Below, one piece after another: positions 54,081 to 64,000 of a DNA stretch of 64,000 nucleotides (position 1 is its first letter; each line of letters starts with the position of its first letter). The translations under genes were made by a program, and so were the position numbers. Source of the DNA: Thermoanaerobaculia bacterium (GTDB lineage Bacteria; Acidobacteriota; Thermoanaerobaculia; Gp7-AA8); contig DATDFB010000093.1 in the NCBI GenBank assembly GCA_036522835.1, positions 40,683 through 104,682 on the forward strand, written 5' to 3'. The notes under the pieces are model-generated. The model made no database searches. It had not been told where the DNA came from and saw only the letters and a program-made list of their open reading frames with translations.

Positions 54081-56228
54081 ATGAAACGCCTACTGCTCGT
54101 TTCGCTCCTGCTCGTCATCTCCGCCACCGCGCTCGCCCAAAAGCGCGCCTTCACCATCGAAGACCTCTACCGCGTCCGCGGCCTCGGCGATCTGTCGCTC
54201 TCGCCCGACGGCGCATCGGTGCTCTACACCGTCACCACCTCCGACCTCTCGCACGCGAAGCGGACGACGCGGATCTGGATGATGAATGCGGACGGCTCGA
54301 ACGCCCGCGAGCTGACGCATGGCGACGCCGACACGGCGCCGCATTTCTCGCCGGACGGCAAGACGATCGCCTTCCTGCGCAGCGACAACGTCTATCTATT
54401 GCCCGTCGGCGGCGGCGAGGCGAAGCAACTGACGACGCTCTCGACCGGCGTCTCCGATCCGCTCTGGTCGCCGGACGGGAAGTCGATCGCCTTCGCCTCC
54501 GACGTCTATCCGGAGTGCGGCGCCGACGACGCCTGCAACCAGAAGATCGCCGACCGCTGGAGCAAGGGAAAGCTGCAGGCGCACATGGCCGACTCGCTGC
54601 TCTACCGCCACTGGACGGAGTGGCGCGACGGCAAGGTCACGCACACGCTGCTCGTCGACGTCGCGTCGGAGAAAGTGCGCGACCTCACCCCCGGCCGCTT
54701 CGACTTCCCCGGCTTCCAGCTCGGCGGGCCGCTGCAGTACGCCTTCTCGCCCGACTCGACGGAGCTCACCGTGGCGTCGAATCACGACGCGGAGCCGGCC
54801 TCGTCGACGAACAACGACCTCTGGGTCATCGACCTCAAATCCGCCACGCCCACGCCGCGCAACATCACCGCGGCGAACCTCGGCTACGACGACTCGCCGC
54901 AATACTCGCCCGACGGCCGGTACATCGCCTACCGCACGCAGAAGACGCCGGCGTACGAGTCGGAGCTCTTCCAGCTCGCGCTGTACGACCGGCAGAGCGG
55001 CACGTCGCGCATCGTCTCGGGGACGTTCGACAACTGGATCGACGACTTCCACTGGAGCGAGGATGGGAAGTCGATCGTCTTCACCGGCCCGGTCGAAGGC
55101 ATCAATCCGCTCTACCGGCTCGACCTCGCCGGCGGCGCGATCCGCAAGATCTACGAGCACGCCACGATCGACGCGTTCGACGTGTCGAAGCTCGGCGACA
55201 CGCTCTTCTACATCGAGCGCTCCGTCGGCGAGCCGTCGGAGATCTACCGCGTCTCGCTCTCGGGCAGCGCGGCCTCGACGCGGCGCAAGCTCACGCACCT
55301 CAACGAGGCCTTCGCCAACGAGGTCGACATCCGTCCCGCCGAGGCGATGTGGGTCAACGGCGCGCGCAACGAGAAGGTGCAGGTCTACATCGTCAAGCCG
55401 CACGGCTTCGATCCGGCGAAGAAGTACCCGCTGATCCTCAACGTGCACGGCGGTCCGCAGTCGCAGTTCGGCGACGCCTTCCGCGGGGACTGGCAGGTCT
55501 ATCCGGGCGCGGGCTACATCGTGGCGTTCCCGAATCCGCACGGCTCGACCGGGCGCGGGCAGACCTACACCGCGGAGATCTCCGGCGACTGGGGCGGCGC
55601 GGTGTTCGAGGACCTGATGAAGGTGACGGACGCGCTCGAAGCGCTGCCGTACGTCGACAAGAGCCGCATGGGGGCGATGGGGTGGTCGTACGGCGGCTAC
55701 ATGATGAACTGGTTCGAAGGGCACACCGACCGCTTCAAGGCCATCGCCACGATGATGGGGATCTTCGACAACCGCTCGTTCTTCGGCGCGACGGAGGAGC
55801 TGTGGTTCCCGGAGTGGGACCTCAAAGGGCAGCCGTGGAACTCGGAGCTGTACCAGAAGTGGTCGCCGTCGAACTTCGTGGTCAACTTCAAGACGCCGTG
55901 CATGGTGATCACCGGCGAGCGCGACTACCGCGTGCCGTACACGCAGGGCTTGCAGATGTTCACGGCCCTGCAGAAGCAGCACGTGCCGTCGCGCCTGATC
56001 GTGTTCTCGAAGGCCGGCCACTGGCCGAGCTGGTACGAGATGATTCTCTACTACACCGCGCACCTGGAGTGGTTCCAGAAGTACCTCGGCGGCGGCGCGC
56101 CGCCGTGGTCGACGGAGGCGTTCCTCCGCAACGCCGTCTTCGACACGTCGAGCGGCAAGCGCATCGACGAGAAGGAGAAGGCGCCGGAGAATCTGCAGGG
56201 GAAGCCGGCGGAGAAGCCGAAGAGCTAA
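54081..56228 (+). CDS. S9 family serine peptidase (prolyl oligopeptidase/acylaminoacyl-peptidase type) with N-terminal beta-propeller
   Basis: Signal peptide. TolB-like propeller repeats (FSPDGK...). GWSYGGY nucleophile elbow. D and H of the triad follow. Confidence 0.9.
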   Translation: MKRLLLVSLLLVISATALAQKRAFTIEDLYRVRGLGDLSLSPDGASVLYTVTTSDLSHAKRTTRIWMMNADGSNARELTHGDADTAPHFSPDGKTIAFLRSDNVYLLPVGGGEAKQLTTLSTGVSDPLWSPDGKSIAFASDVYPECGADDACNQKIADRWSKGKLQAHMADSLLYRHWTEWRDGKVTHTLLVDVASEKVRDLTPGRFDFPGFQLGGPLQYAFSPDSTELTVASNHDAEPASSTNNDLWVIDLKSATPTPRNITAANLGYDDSPQYSPDGRYIAYRTQKTPAYESELFQLALYDRQSGTSRIVSGTFDNWIDDFHWSEDGKSIVFTGPVEGINPLYRLDLAGGAIRKIYEHATIDAFDVSKLGDTLFYIERSVGEPSEIYRVSLSGSAASTRRKLTHLNEAFANEVDIRPAEAMWVNGARNEKVQVYIVKPHGFDPAKKYPLILNVHGGPQSQFGDAFRGDWQVYPGAGYIVAFPNPHGSTGRGQTYTAEISGDWGGAVFEDLMKVTDALEALPYVDKSRMGAMGWSYGGYMMNWFEGHTDRFKAIATMMGIFDNRSFFGATEELWFPEWDLKGQPWNSELYQKWSPSNFVVNFKTPCMVITGERDYRVPYTQGLQMFTALQKQHVPSRLIVFSKAGHWPSWYEMILYYTAHLEWFQKYLGGGAPPWSTEAFLRNAVFDTSSGKRIDEKEKAPENLQGKPAEKPKS

Positions 56229-57055
56229 CGTTTGTAACCGAGCACGCTGACCTTGCCGTCGCCGCCGATCTTGCGGATGCGCGGGATCCACTCGCGCCGG
56301 TTATCCGAGGCGGTGTGGAGGTACTCGAGGACATAGACGTCGCGGCCGTTGACGGCGACGGCGGTCGGTGACCACGGCGGCGCCGTGCGCAGTAGCGCGC
56401 CGGCGCGGCCGGCGGCATCGACGCGCATCAGCGCGCCGCAGCCTGCCGCGGCGACGTAGATGGTGCCGTCGTCCGCGACCGCGAGGCCGCGAAGATACGC
56501 GCCGTTCTGCGGCTCGTCGCTGGGAATCTTGGCGCAGTTCGGCACGGCCATGTTCGCGACGATCGTGGAGACGCGGCCGCGCGCGTCGATCTTCCGAATC
56601 GCGCGATCCTCGGTGTACAGCAGCGAGCCGTCGGGGGCGGGCGCGAGGCCGTTCACGTTTCGCGCGGGTGGAAGCGTTGCGAACACCGAGCGCGCGCCGG
56701 ACGGCTCGATGGCGACGATGTGGCCGCGGCCGTCCGCGTAGTAGAAGCGGCCGTCGCGGCCGATCGTCACCGGATAGTCGCTCGACAGCACGACGTTCCC
56801 GGCGGATCGGAATTCCGCGCCCGGAATGGACGGCCATGGCGTGTTGCGAAAGCGGCTCTCGGGATCGAAGGCGAACCAATGGAAGGCCGGGCCTTCGCGC
56901 CTTTCAATCCTGCCGGCCGCTTCGATGGCGAAGACGCCGGCGCCCGTGTCGACGAAATAGACAGTGCCGGCTTTCGACACCGCGATCGCGGAGCCGGGAT
57001 GCGCGGCGGCAGCGGTGGCGACGAGGAGGAGAGCGGCGGCAAATGTGAGCTTCAT
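56225..57055 (-). CDS. secreted NHL-repeat / SMP-30-like beta-propeller protein
   Basis: Signal peptide MKLTFAAALLLVATAAAA. Repeated GxxxxGLAVADDGTIYVA-type blades. Confidence 0.65.
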   Translation of the reverse strand: MKLTFAAALLLVATAAAAHPGSAIAVSKAGTVYFVDTGAGVFAIEAAGRIERREGPAFHWFAFDPESRFRNTPWPSIPGAEFRSAGNVVLSSDYPVTIGRDGRFYYADGRGHIVAIEPSGARSVFATLPPARNVNGLAPAPDGSLLYTEDRAIRKIDARGRVSTIVANMAVPNCAKIPSDEPQNGAYLRGLAVADDGTIYVAAAGCGALMRVDAAGRAGALLRTAPPWSPTAVAVNGRDVYVLEYLHTASDNRREWIPRIRKIGGDGKVSVLGYKR

Positions 57056-57080
57056 ATCAAGGAGACGAACGCGGGAGGCA

Positions 57081-57116
57081 AAGTGTTAACGCGGACATTT
57101 GTCCGCGGACAACCGT
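57081..57116. promoter_or_regulatory. cluster of overlapping GTCCG/CGGACA palindromes (candidate enhancer-binding-protein UAS)
   Basis: GCGGACAtttGTCCGCGGACAaccGTCCGttCGGACAc, including the perfect 12-mer TGTCCGCGGACA. Lies 55-90 nt upstream of the sigma-54 element. Confidence 0.45.
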
Positions 57117-57171
57117 CCGTTCGGACACTCTTTGTAACACCTAACTCATTGAAAACACGGCGCGACACGGA

Positions 57172-57186
57172 TGGCACCGCCATTGC
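57172..57186 (+). promoter_or_regulatory. sigma-54 (-24/-12) promoter TGGCAC-N5-TTGC
   Basis: ggaTGGCACcgccaTTGCgcat matches the RpoN consensus exactly at the GG/GC dinucleotides. Lies just upstream of the HlyD-like gene. Confidence 0.6.
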
Positions 57187-57200
57187 GCATAGCGACGCCC

Positions 57201-58472
57201 ATGATCCAAAACGCTTCTTCGATGGACCGGCCTGTCGCGACGCCGGGACGGCTCACCCGGCCGCGCCTCCTGGCGCTCATCGCCATCGGGCTATTCGTCG
57301 TCGCGGGGGCGATTGCCTTTCCGGCGATCCGCCGCTGGTCGCGCGCCGACCGCGCCGTCGACGCCACCACCCTTTCCATCGGCACCGTCACGCGCGGCGA
57401 TCTGCGCCGCGACGTTTCCGTGCAGGGCCGCGTGGTCGCGGCGCTGCATCCGACGCTCATCGCTCCCGCCGCGGGCTCCGTTTCGCTCAGAACCAACGCC
57501 GGCGCCGTCGTCAAGAAGGGCGACGTCCTCGCGGTCATCGACAGCCCGGAGCTCCGCAGCGCGCTGCAGCAGGCGAGTGCGCAGCTCCTCTCGCTCCAGG
57601 CCGACGCGGAGCGCCAGAAGATCCTCTCGCGCCAGGCCGACGCCCGCGCCAAGCAGCTCGCCGACCTCGCCCGCACCCGCCTCGACGCCTCCAAGCGCGC
57701 TCTCCGGCGTGCCGAGACGCTGCTCAAGGAAGGGCTCCTGAACCGCGGCGACTACGAGAAGGCGCAGGACGACGTCCACGTCGCCGAGCTCGAGCTCGAA
57801 CAAGCCACGCGCGAGATCGGCTCGAGCCAGGAGACCGGCGGCTTCGACGTCCGCACGCGCGCGCTGCAGGCCAACCGGCAGCAGGCCGCCACCGCGGAGC
57901 TGCAGAAGAAGTTCGAAGACCTCACCATCCGCGCGCCGTTCGACGGCATGATCGCCTCGGTCAACGTCAACGACCGCGACACCGTCGCCGCCAACCAGGC
58001 CATCCTCAACATCGTCAACCTCTCCTCGCTCGAGCTGGAGCTGACGATTCCGGAGGAGTACGCGAACGACTCGAAGATCGGGACGCCGGTGACCATGGCC
58101 TTCGGCGCGGAAGAGAAGCCGGGGCACATCACCGCCATCTCTCCCGAGGTCGTCGGCAACCAGGTCACGGCGCGCGCCGTGCCCGACGGCGGGTGGCCGG
58201 AGGGGATGAAGCAGAGCCAGCGCCTCACCACGCGGCTCGTCTTCGAGTCGAAGCACGACGTGATCAAAGTCCCGCGCGGCGCGTGGCTGGAGAGCGGCGG
58301 CGGGCGCAGCGTCTGGGTGGTCGACGGCAAGACCGCCACGAAGCGCGACATCGCCGTCGGCGCCGCCAGCGTCTCGGAGGTCGAGATCTTGAGCGGGCTG
58401 CAGGTGGGGGAACGCGTGGTGACGTCAGATACGTCGTCGTTCGGGAACGCACGATCGGTGATTTTGCAATGA
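57201..58472 (+). CDS. HlyD-family periplasmic adaptor (membrane fusion protein) of a MacAB-like efflux system
   Basis: N-terminal TM. Coiled-coil hairpin. Beta-barrel/lipoyl segments (GDVLAVIDSPEL, LTIRAPFDGMIASVNV). Start placed downstream of the sigma-54 promoter (ORF opens at 57171). Confidence 0.85.
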   Translation: MIQNASSMDRPVATPGRLTRPRLLALIAIGLFVVAGAIAFPAIRRWSRADRAVDATTLSIGTVTRGDLRRDVSVQGRVVAALHPTLIAPAAGSVSLRTNAGAVVKKGDVLAVIDSPELRSALQQASAQLLSLQADAERQKILSRQADARAKQLADLARTRLDASKRALRRAETLLKEGLLNRGDYEKAQDDVHVAELELEQATREIGSSQETGGFDVRTRALQANRQQAATAELQKKFEDLTIRAPFDGMIASVNVNDRDTVAANQAILNIVNLSSLELELTIPEEYANDSKIGTPVTMAFGAEEKPGHITAISPEVVGNQVTARAVPDGGWPEGMKQSQRLTTRLVFESKHDVIKVPRGAWLESGGGRSVWVVDGKTATKRDIAVGAASVSEVEILSGLQVGERVVTSDTSSFGNARSVILQ

Positions 58473-58474
58473 GG

Positions 58475-58562
58475 AGGTGACAGGGCACAGGGAACAGGGG
58501 ACAGGTGGTTGTCGTCGCGAAAAACACCACCTGTCCCCCGTTCCCTGTGACCCGTCACCTGT
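58475..58562. repeat. heptamer-derived hairpin (GGTGACAGGGCACAGGGAACAGGGGACAGGTGG ... CCACCTGTCCCCCGTTCCCTGTGACCCGTCACC)
   Basis: ~33-bp stem with 3 mismatches and a 17-nt loop, between the adaptor stop and the ABC ATPase RBS. Confidence 0.8.
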
Positions 58563-58576
58563 AAAAAGGAGATCGA

Positions 58577-59284
58577 ATGCTGCAGATGAACAACATCCGA
58601 AAGGTATACCGCACCGACCTGGTGGAGACGCACGCGCTGGAGGGGCTGTCGCTCACCGTCAACGACGGCGAGTTCGTCTCGGTCATGGGGCCGTCGGGGT
58701 CGGGGAAGACGACCTTCCTCAACATCGCCGGGCTGCTCGACGTCTTTGACGGCGGCTCGTACCATCTCGACGGCAAGGACGTCAGCCGCCTCTCCGACCG
58801 GGAGATGTCGCGGATCCGCAATCAGAACATCGGCTTCATCTTCCAGAGCTTCAACCTCATCCCCGACCTCGACGTCTTCGACAACGTCGACGTCCCGCTG
58901 CGCTACCGCGGGCTCTCCGCGTTCGAGCGCAAGCACCGCATCGAGAAAGCGGTGGACATGGTCGGCCTGACCTCGCGCCTGCACCACCTGCCGTCGCAGC
59001 TCTCGGGCGGGCAGCAGCAGCGCGTGGCCATCGCGCGCGTGCTGGCCGCGTCGCCGAAGCTGATCCTCGCGGACGAGCCGACCGGCAACCTCGACTCGCT
59101 CATGGCGCGCGAGATCATGGACCTCCTCGACGACATCAACCGCCGCGGCACGACCATCGTCATGGTCACGCACGCGCCGGAGTGCGCGGCGCGGGCCTCG
59201 CGCGAGATCCATCTCCTCGACGGCAAGGTCGTCGACGTGGAGCGCCCGCCGGCGCTGCTCGACGCCGCCGTGGCGGGAAAGTGA
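58577..59284 (+). CDS. ABC transporter ATP-binding protein (MacB/LolD-like)
   Basis: Walker A GPSGSGKTT. Signature LSGGQQQRVAIARVL. Walker B LILADEPTGNLD. Confidence 0.9.
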   Translation: MLQMNNIRKVYRTDLVETHALEGLSLTVNDGEFVSVMGPSGSGKTTFLNIAGLLDVFDGGSYHLDGKDVSRLSDREMSRIRNQNIGFIFQSFNLIPDLDVFDNVDVPLRYRGLSAFERKHRIEKAVDMVGLTSRLHHLPSQLSGGQQQRVAIARVLAASPKLILADEPTGNLDSLMAREIMDLLDDINRRGTTIVMVTHAPECAARASREIHLLDGKVVDVERPPALLDAAVAGK

Positions 59285-59291
59285 GGACGGC

Positions 59292-60614
59292 ATGCTCGCC
59301 TACAACGCCCGCATCGCCACGAAGAGCCTCAAGCGCAACCCGGTCCTGACGGCGATCATCATCCTCGGCATCGCCTTGGGCATCTGCGCCTCCACCACGT
59401 TCACCACAGTGCGCCACATGTTCGCCCGCGATCCGCTGCCGGGGAAGAGCGACAAGCTCTTCTACGTCCGCATGGACAACTGGGACCCGGCCCGGCCGTA
59501 TCCGACGAGCGAGAGCGGGCCGAAGAACGCGAATCCGCTCCCACCATCGCTGGCGTTCCGCGACGTCACGGAGCTGATGCGCTCGAACCTCCCGGCGCGG
59601 CAGACGCCGTCGTACATGACGATTCTCGCGGTCTATCCGGAGCGCCGGGTCAGCCGTCCGTATCAGGCTACGGTACGCGTCGTGGGGAGCGACTTCTTCC
59701 CGATGTTCGACGTGCCGTTCCAGTACGGCCACGGCTGGGACAAGACGGCCGATGCGAAGGCCGAGCAGGTCATCGTCATCGACCACGCCACGAACGCGAA
59801 GCTCTTCGGCGGCGCGAACAGCGTCGGCAAGCGCCTGCGCGTCGGCAGCCGCGACTTCACCATCGTCGGCGTGCTCAAGCCGTGGCGGCCGTTCATCAAG
59901 ATGTACGACCTCACGCAGAACTTCGTCGGCGAGCCGGAGCCGCTCTACATTCCCTTCAGCCTCACCCGGCCGATGCAGATCCGCAACGTCGGCAACAGCG
60001 ACGGGTGGCAGCCGGTCGGGCCGACGTTCGACGACTTCCTCGCCTCCGACGTCGACTTCGTCCCGTTCTGGGTCGAGCTGCCGAAGCCGGCCGACCGCGC
60101 CGCGTACCAGCAGTTCATCGACAACTACGTGCGCGCCGAGAAGACGAAGGGGCGCTTCCTGCGCCCGCTGAATAACCAGCTCACGGCAATGCACGACATG
60201 ATGGTGGAGATGGGCGTGGTGCGCCCGGCGCTGACGGCGATGGTGGCGATGTCGATCCTCTTCCTGGTCATCTGCGCGCTGAATCTGACCGGCCTCCTGC
60301 TCGGCAAGTTCCTGGCGCGGGCGCCGGAGGTCTCGGTGCGGCGCGCCCTCGGCGCCACGCGCGCCGACATCTTCCTGCAGCACATCGCCGAGTGCGAGAT
60401 CGTCGGCGTGGCCGGCGGCGTGCTGGGGATGCTGCTGTCGCTCGGCGTGCTGCGCTTCATCGCCAAGCTCATCACCGCCACGACCATCATCTCCCTCGAC
60501 TTGGAGATGATCCTCGCCGCGATCTTCCTCTCGCTCGTGGCCGGCCTCATCGCCGGTCTCTATCCGGCTTGGCGCATCTGCACGATGCAGCCGGCCGTGC
60601 AGCTCAAAGTCTGA
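59292..60614 (+). CDS. ABC transporter permease, FtsX/MacB family (MacB_PCD + FtsX)
   Basis: N-terminal TM. Large periplasmic domain. Four C-terminal TM with the conserved RRALGATRADIF motif. Confidence 0.85.
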   Translation: MLAYNARIATKSLKRNPVLTAIIILGIALGICASTTFTTVRHMFARDPLPGKSDKLFYVRMDNWDPARPYPTSESGPKNANPLPPSLAFRDVTELMRSNLPARQTPSYMTILAVYPERRVSRPYQATVRVVGSDFFPMFDVPFQYGHGWDKTADAKAEQVIVIDHATNAKLFGGANSVGKRLRVGSRDFTIVGVLKPWRPFIKMYDLTQNFVGEPEPLYIPFSLTRPMQIRNVGNSDGWQPVGPTFDDFLASDVDFVPFWVELPKPADRAAYQQFIDNYVRAEKTKGRFLRPLNNQLTAMHDMMVEMGVVRPALTAMVAMSILFLVICALNLTGLLLGKFLARAPEVSVRRALGATRADIFLQHIAECEIVGVAGGVLGMLLSLGVLRFIAKLITATTIISLDLEMILAAIFLSLVAGLIAGLYPAWRICTMQPAVQLKV

Positions 60615-60625
60615 AAGGAGACGCC

Positions 60626-61825
60626 ATGGAATTCGGACCGATCGTCCGCGCCCTTTCCCGCAACCGCATGCGCACGCTGCTGATCGTGCTGCAGATCGGC
60701 ATCACCCTGGCCGTGATCGCCAACGCCGTCACGATGATCAAGGGGCACCGCGCCAAGATGCAGAAGGAGTCGGGATTCGACGACGACAACCTCCTCTGGG
60801 TCCACAGCAAGCCATACGCGGAGACGTACAACGAGCGCTCGTTCCGCATCACCACGACGCAGGCCGACGTGCGCGCGCTCAACGGCATCCCCGGCGTCAC
60901 GGCAGCGTCGAACACGAACTTCGTCCCGTGGCAGGGCGGCGGCAGCTCCACCGAGGCGAAAGTGGCGGGCGGCGACGGCACCAAGGTGCGCATGCAGGCA
61001 TACGTGACGTCGCCGCAAATTCTCGACACGCTCGGCGTTCACCTCGTGTCGGGGCGCGCGCTGCGCGACAGCGACCTCGACCTCGACCCGAAGTCGACGA
61101 AGAGCACCGTGATCATCTCCCGCGCGCTCGAGCAGCTCATGTTCAAGGGAAAGAGCGCCGTCGGGCAGCAGCTCCTCGAGTCCGACAACAGCGTCGACAC
61201 GATCGTCGGCGTCTTCGACAAGTTCTACAACCCGTACGGCTTTCCGATCCACGAATACACGTACTTCGCGGACGGCATCGCCTCGTACGGCGGCGCGCGT
61301 TACCTGGTGCACGTGGAGCCGGGAAAGATGAAGCAGGTCATCCCGGAGATCGAAAAACGCCTGCTGCAGGTCAACGACGGACGTACCTTCGAGTTCAAGA
61401 CGATCAACGAGATCAAGAATCAGTACTTCACCGAGTCGCGCATCGTCATCGGCGCGATGACGGCGGTGATCCTCCTGCTCGTCATCGTGACCGGCCTCGG
61501 CATCGTCGGCGTGACGTCGTTCGCCGTCACGGAGCGGCGCAAGCAGATCGGCACGCGCCGCGCCCTCGGCGCAACCAAGCCGGCCATCCTGCGTTATTTT
61601 CTCCTCGAGAATTGGATCATCACGAATACCGGACTCCTTCTCGGCATCGCCATGGCCTACGGGCTGAACTACCTGCTCGTGACGAAAGCCGAGGGCGACA
61701 AGCTCGATTGGCGCTTCGTCGTCGCGGGTGTGGTTCTGCTCTGGCTGCAGGGCATCATCGCCACGCTGGCGCCGGCCACGCGCGCGGCCGCGGTGTCGCC
61801 GGTGATCGCCACGCGGGCGGTGTAA
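60626..61825 (+). CDS. ABC transporter permease, FtsX/MacB family (second copy)
   Basis: SD AAAGGAG before ATG 60626. RRALGATKPAILRYF motif. The upstream part of the 477-aa ORF is non-coding. Confidence 0.85.
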   Translation: MEFGPIVRALSRNRMRTLLIVLQIGITLAVIANAVTMIKGHRAKMQKESGFDDDNLLWVHSKPYAETYNERSFRITTTQADVRALNGIPGVTAASNTNFVPWQGGGSSTEAKVAGGDGTKVRMQAYVTSPQILDTLGVHLVSGRALRDSDLDLDPKSTKSTVIISRALEQLMFKGKSAVGQQLLESDNSVDTIVGVFDKFYNPYGFPIHEYTYFADGIASYGGARYLVHVEPGKMKQVIPEIEKRLLQVNDGRTFEFKTINEIKNQYFTESRIVIGAMTAVILLLVIVTGLGIVGVTSFAVTERRKQIGTRRALGATKPAILRYFLLENWIITNTGLLLGIAMAYGLNYLLVTKAEGDKLDWRFVVAGVVLLWLQGIIATLAPATRAAAVSPVIATRAV

Positions 61826-61826
61826 C

Positions 61827-63280
<1,454 letters not shown>

Positions 63281-63284
<4 letters not shown>

Positions 63285-64000
63285 AGCTCACCACCTCGAT
63301 CGCGCTGCGCGCCGCGATCGCCCTCGCCGCGGTGATCGCCGCCGCCGTCGTGGTCACCCGCTTCACGAACCTGCCGCTGCAGATCATGGCCGCGCTGGCC
63401 CTCGTGGCGCTCGCCTCGGCGTACTTTCTCCTCCGCGGCCCGCTGCGCCGCATCCGGGTGAACCTCGGCGCGCTGACGGACGGCGTGCAGGGCCTGTCCG
63501 ACGGCGACTTCTCGCTGCGCCTCCGCGTCACCGGTCACGACGAGATCACCGCGCTCGTGGCGATGTACAACGACGTCGGCAATCTCCTCCGCGCGCAGCG
63601 CAGCGACACGCTGCAGCGCGAGCTCCTCTTCGAGACCGTGCTGCAGGCCACGCCGCTGGCCATCATCCTCACCGCGGAGTCGGGCCGCGTCGTCTACGCC
63701 AACCGCGCCGCGCGCGACCTCTTCACCCCCGGCGAGCGCCTGGAGGGGCGCCACCTCGACGAGATCCTCGTGGCCGCGCCGGCGCTGCGCAACGCCTTCG
63801 CCGCCGACCGCGACACCCTCTTCACCGCCGGCACAGAGTCGTATCACCTGGCGCGGCGCACGTTCTATCTCAACGGCCGCGCGCACCTGCTCTGGATCGC
63901 CAACCGCCTCACTCCCGAGCTGCGGCGGCAGGAGGTCGAGGTGTGGAAGCGCGCCATTCGCGTGCTCAATCACGAGCTGAACAACTCGCTCGCGCCGATC
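63281..64000 (+). CDS. sensor histidine kinase with HAMP domain, 3' end outside window
   Basis: ATG overlaps the NtrC stop (ATGA). TM-HAMP (GALTDGVQGLSDGDFSLRLRVTGHDEITALV). H-box beginning RVLNHELNNSLAPI at the window edge. Confidence 0.65.

Overview
This is a high-GC (~68-70%) bacterial chromosomal window, most likely from a soil Acidobacteria- or Gemmatimonadetes-like genome. Genes sit on both strands and are densely packed, often with 4-nt start/stop overlaps. Most of it is housekeeping and signalling. The metabolic genes are nadC, cysK, pyrE, fabI, gltX, HMG-CoA lyase, a MoeB-rhodanese fusion and a thioesterase. The proteases and secreted proteins are an M61 aminopeptidase, an S9 peptidase and beta-propeller proteins. 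The signalling genes are three histidine kinases, OmpR- and NtrC-type response regulators, two GGDEF proteins, an Hpt protein and an ECF sigma/anti-sigma pair. Two transport operons are present. One is a Fur-linked FTR1::ApbE / porin / FMN-binding iron-uptake cluster. The other is a sigma-54-driven HlyD-ABC-FtsX-FtsX efflux operon.

One lower-GC patch of about 5 kb (ca. 20.6-25.7 kb) abuts a tmRNA (ssrA) gene and looks like a decayed integrated island. It carries a frameshifted tyrosine integrase, a duplicated integrase 5' fragment, an RHH antitoxin-like gene with a truncated partner, and an intact two-gene signalling module. That module is a multi-TM histidine kinase plus a response regulator whose output is a nucleoside 2-deoxyribosyltransferase/DNPH1-like (TIR-related) nucleotide-processing domain instead of a DNA-binding domain. 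I consider this the most interesting candidate for an undescribed, Detocs-like, signal-controlled effector system.

Other notable items are a ~946-aa SIR2_2-domain protein translationally coupled to a HAD phosphatase; a tightly coupled operon of a sensor diguanylate cyclase, a Dam-class methyltransferase and a gamma-class TaqI/Eco57I-like adenine methyltransferase with no nuclease nearby; and several small repeat families. These are heptamer-array hairpins, two of which are flanked by direct repeats copying the 3' ends of adjacent genes; a REP-like palindrome family; a GC-rich nested palindrome inserted in-frame in the NtrC-like gene; and a 21-bp minisatellite.

Many long Arg-rich ORFs in the six-frame track are alternate-frame artefacts of the high GC content and are not reported as genes.
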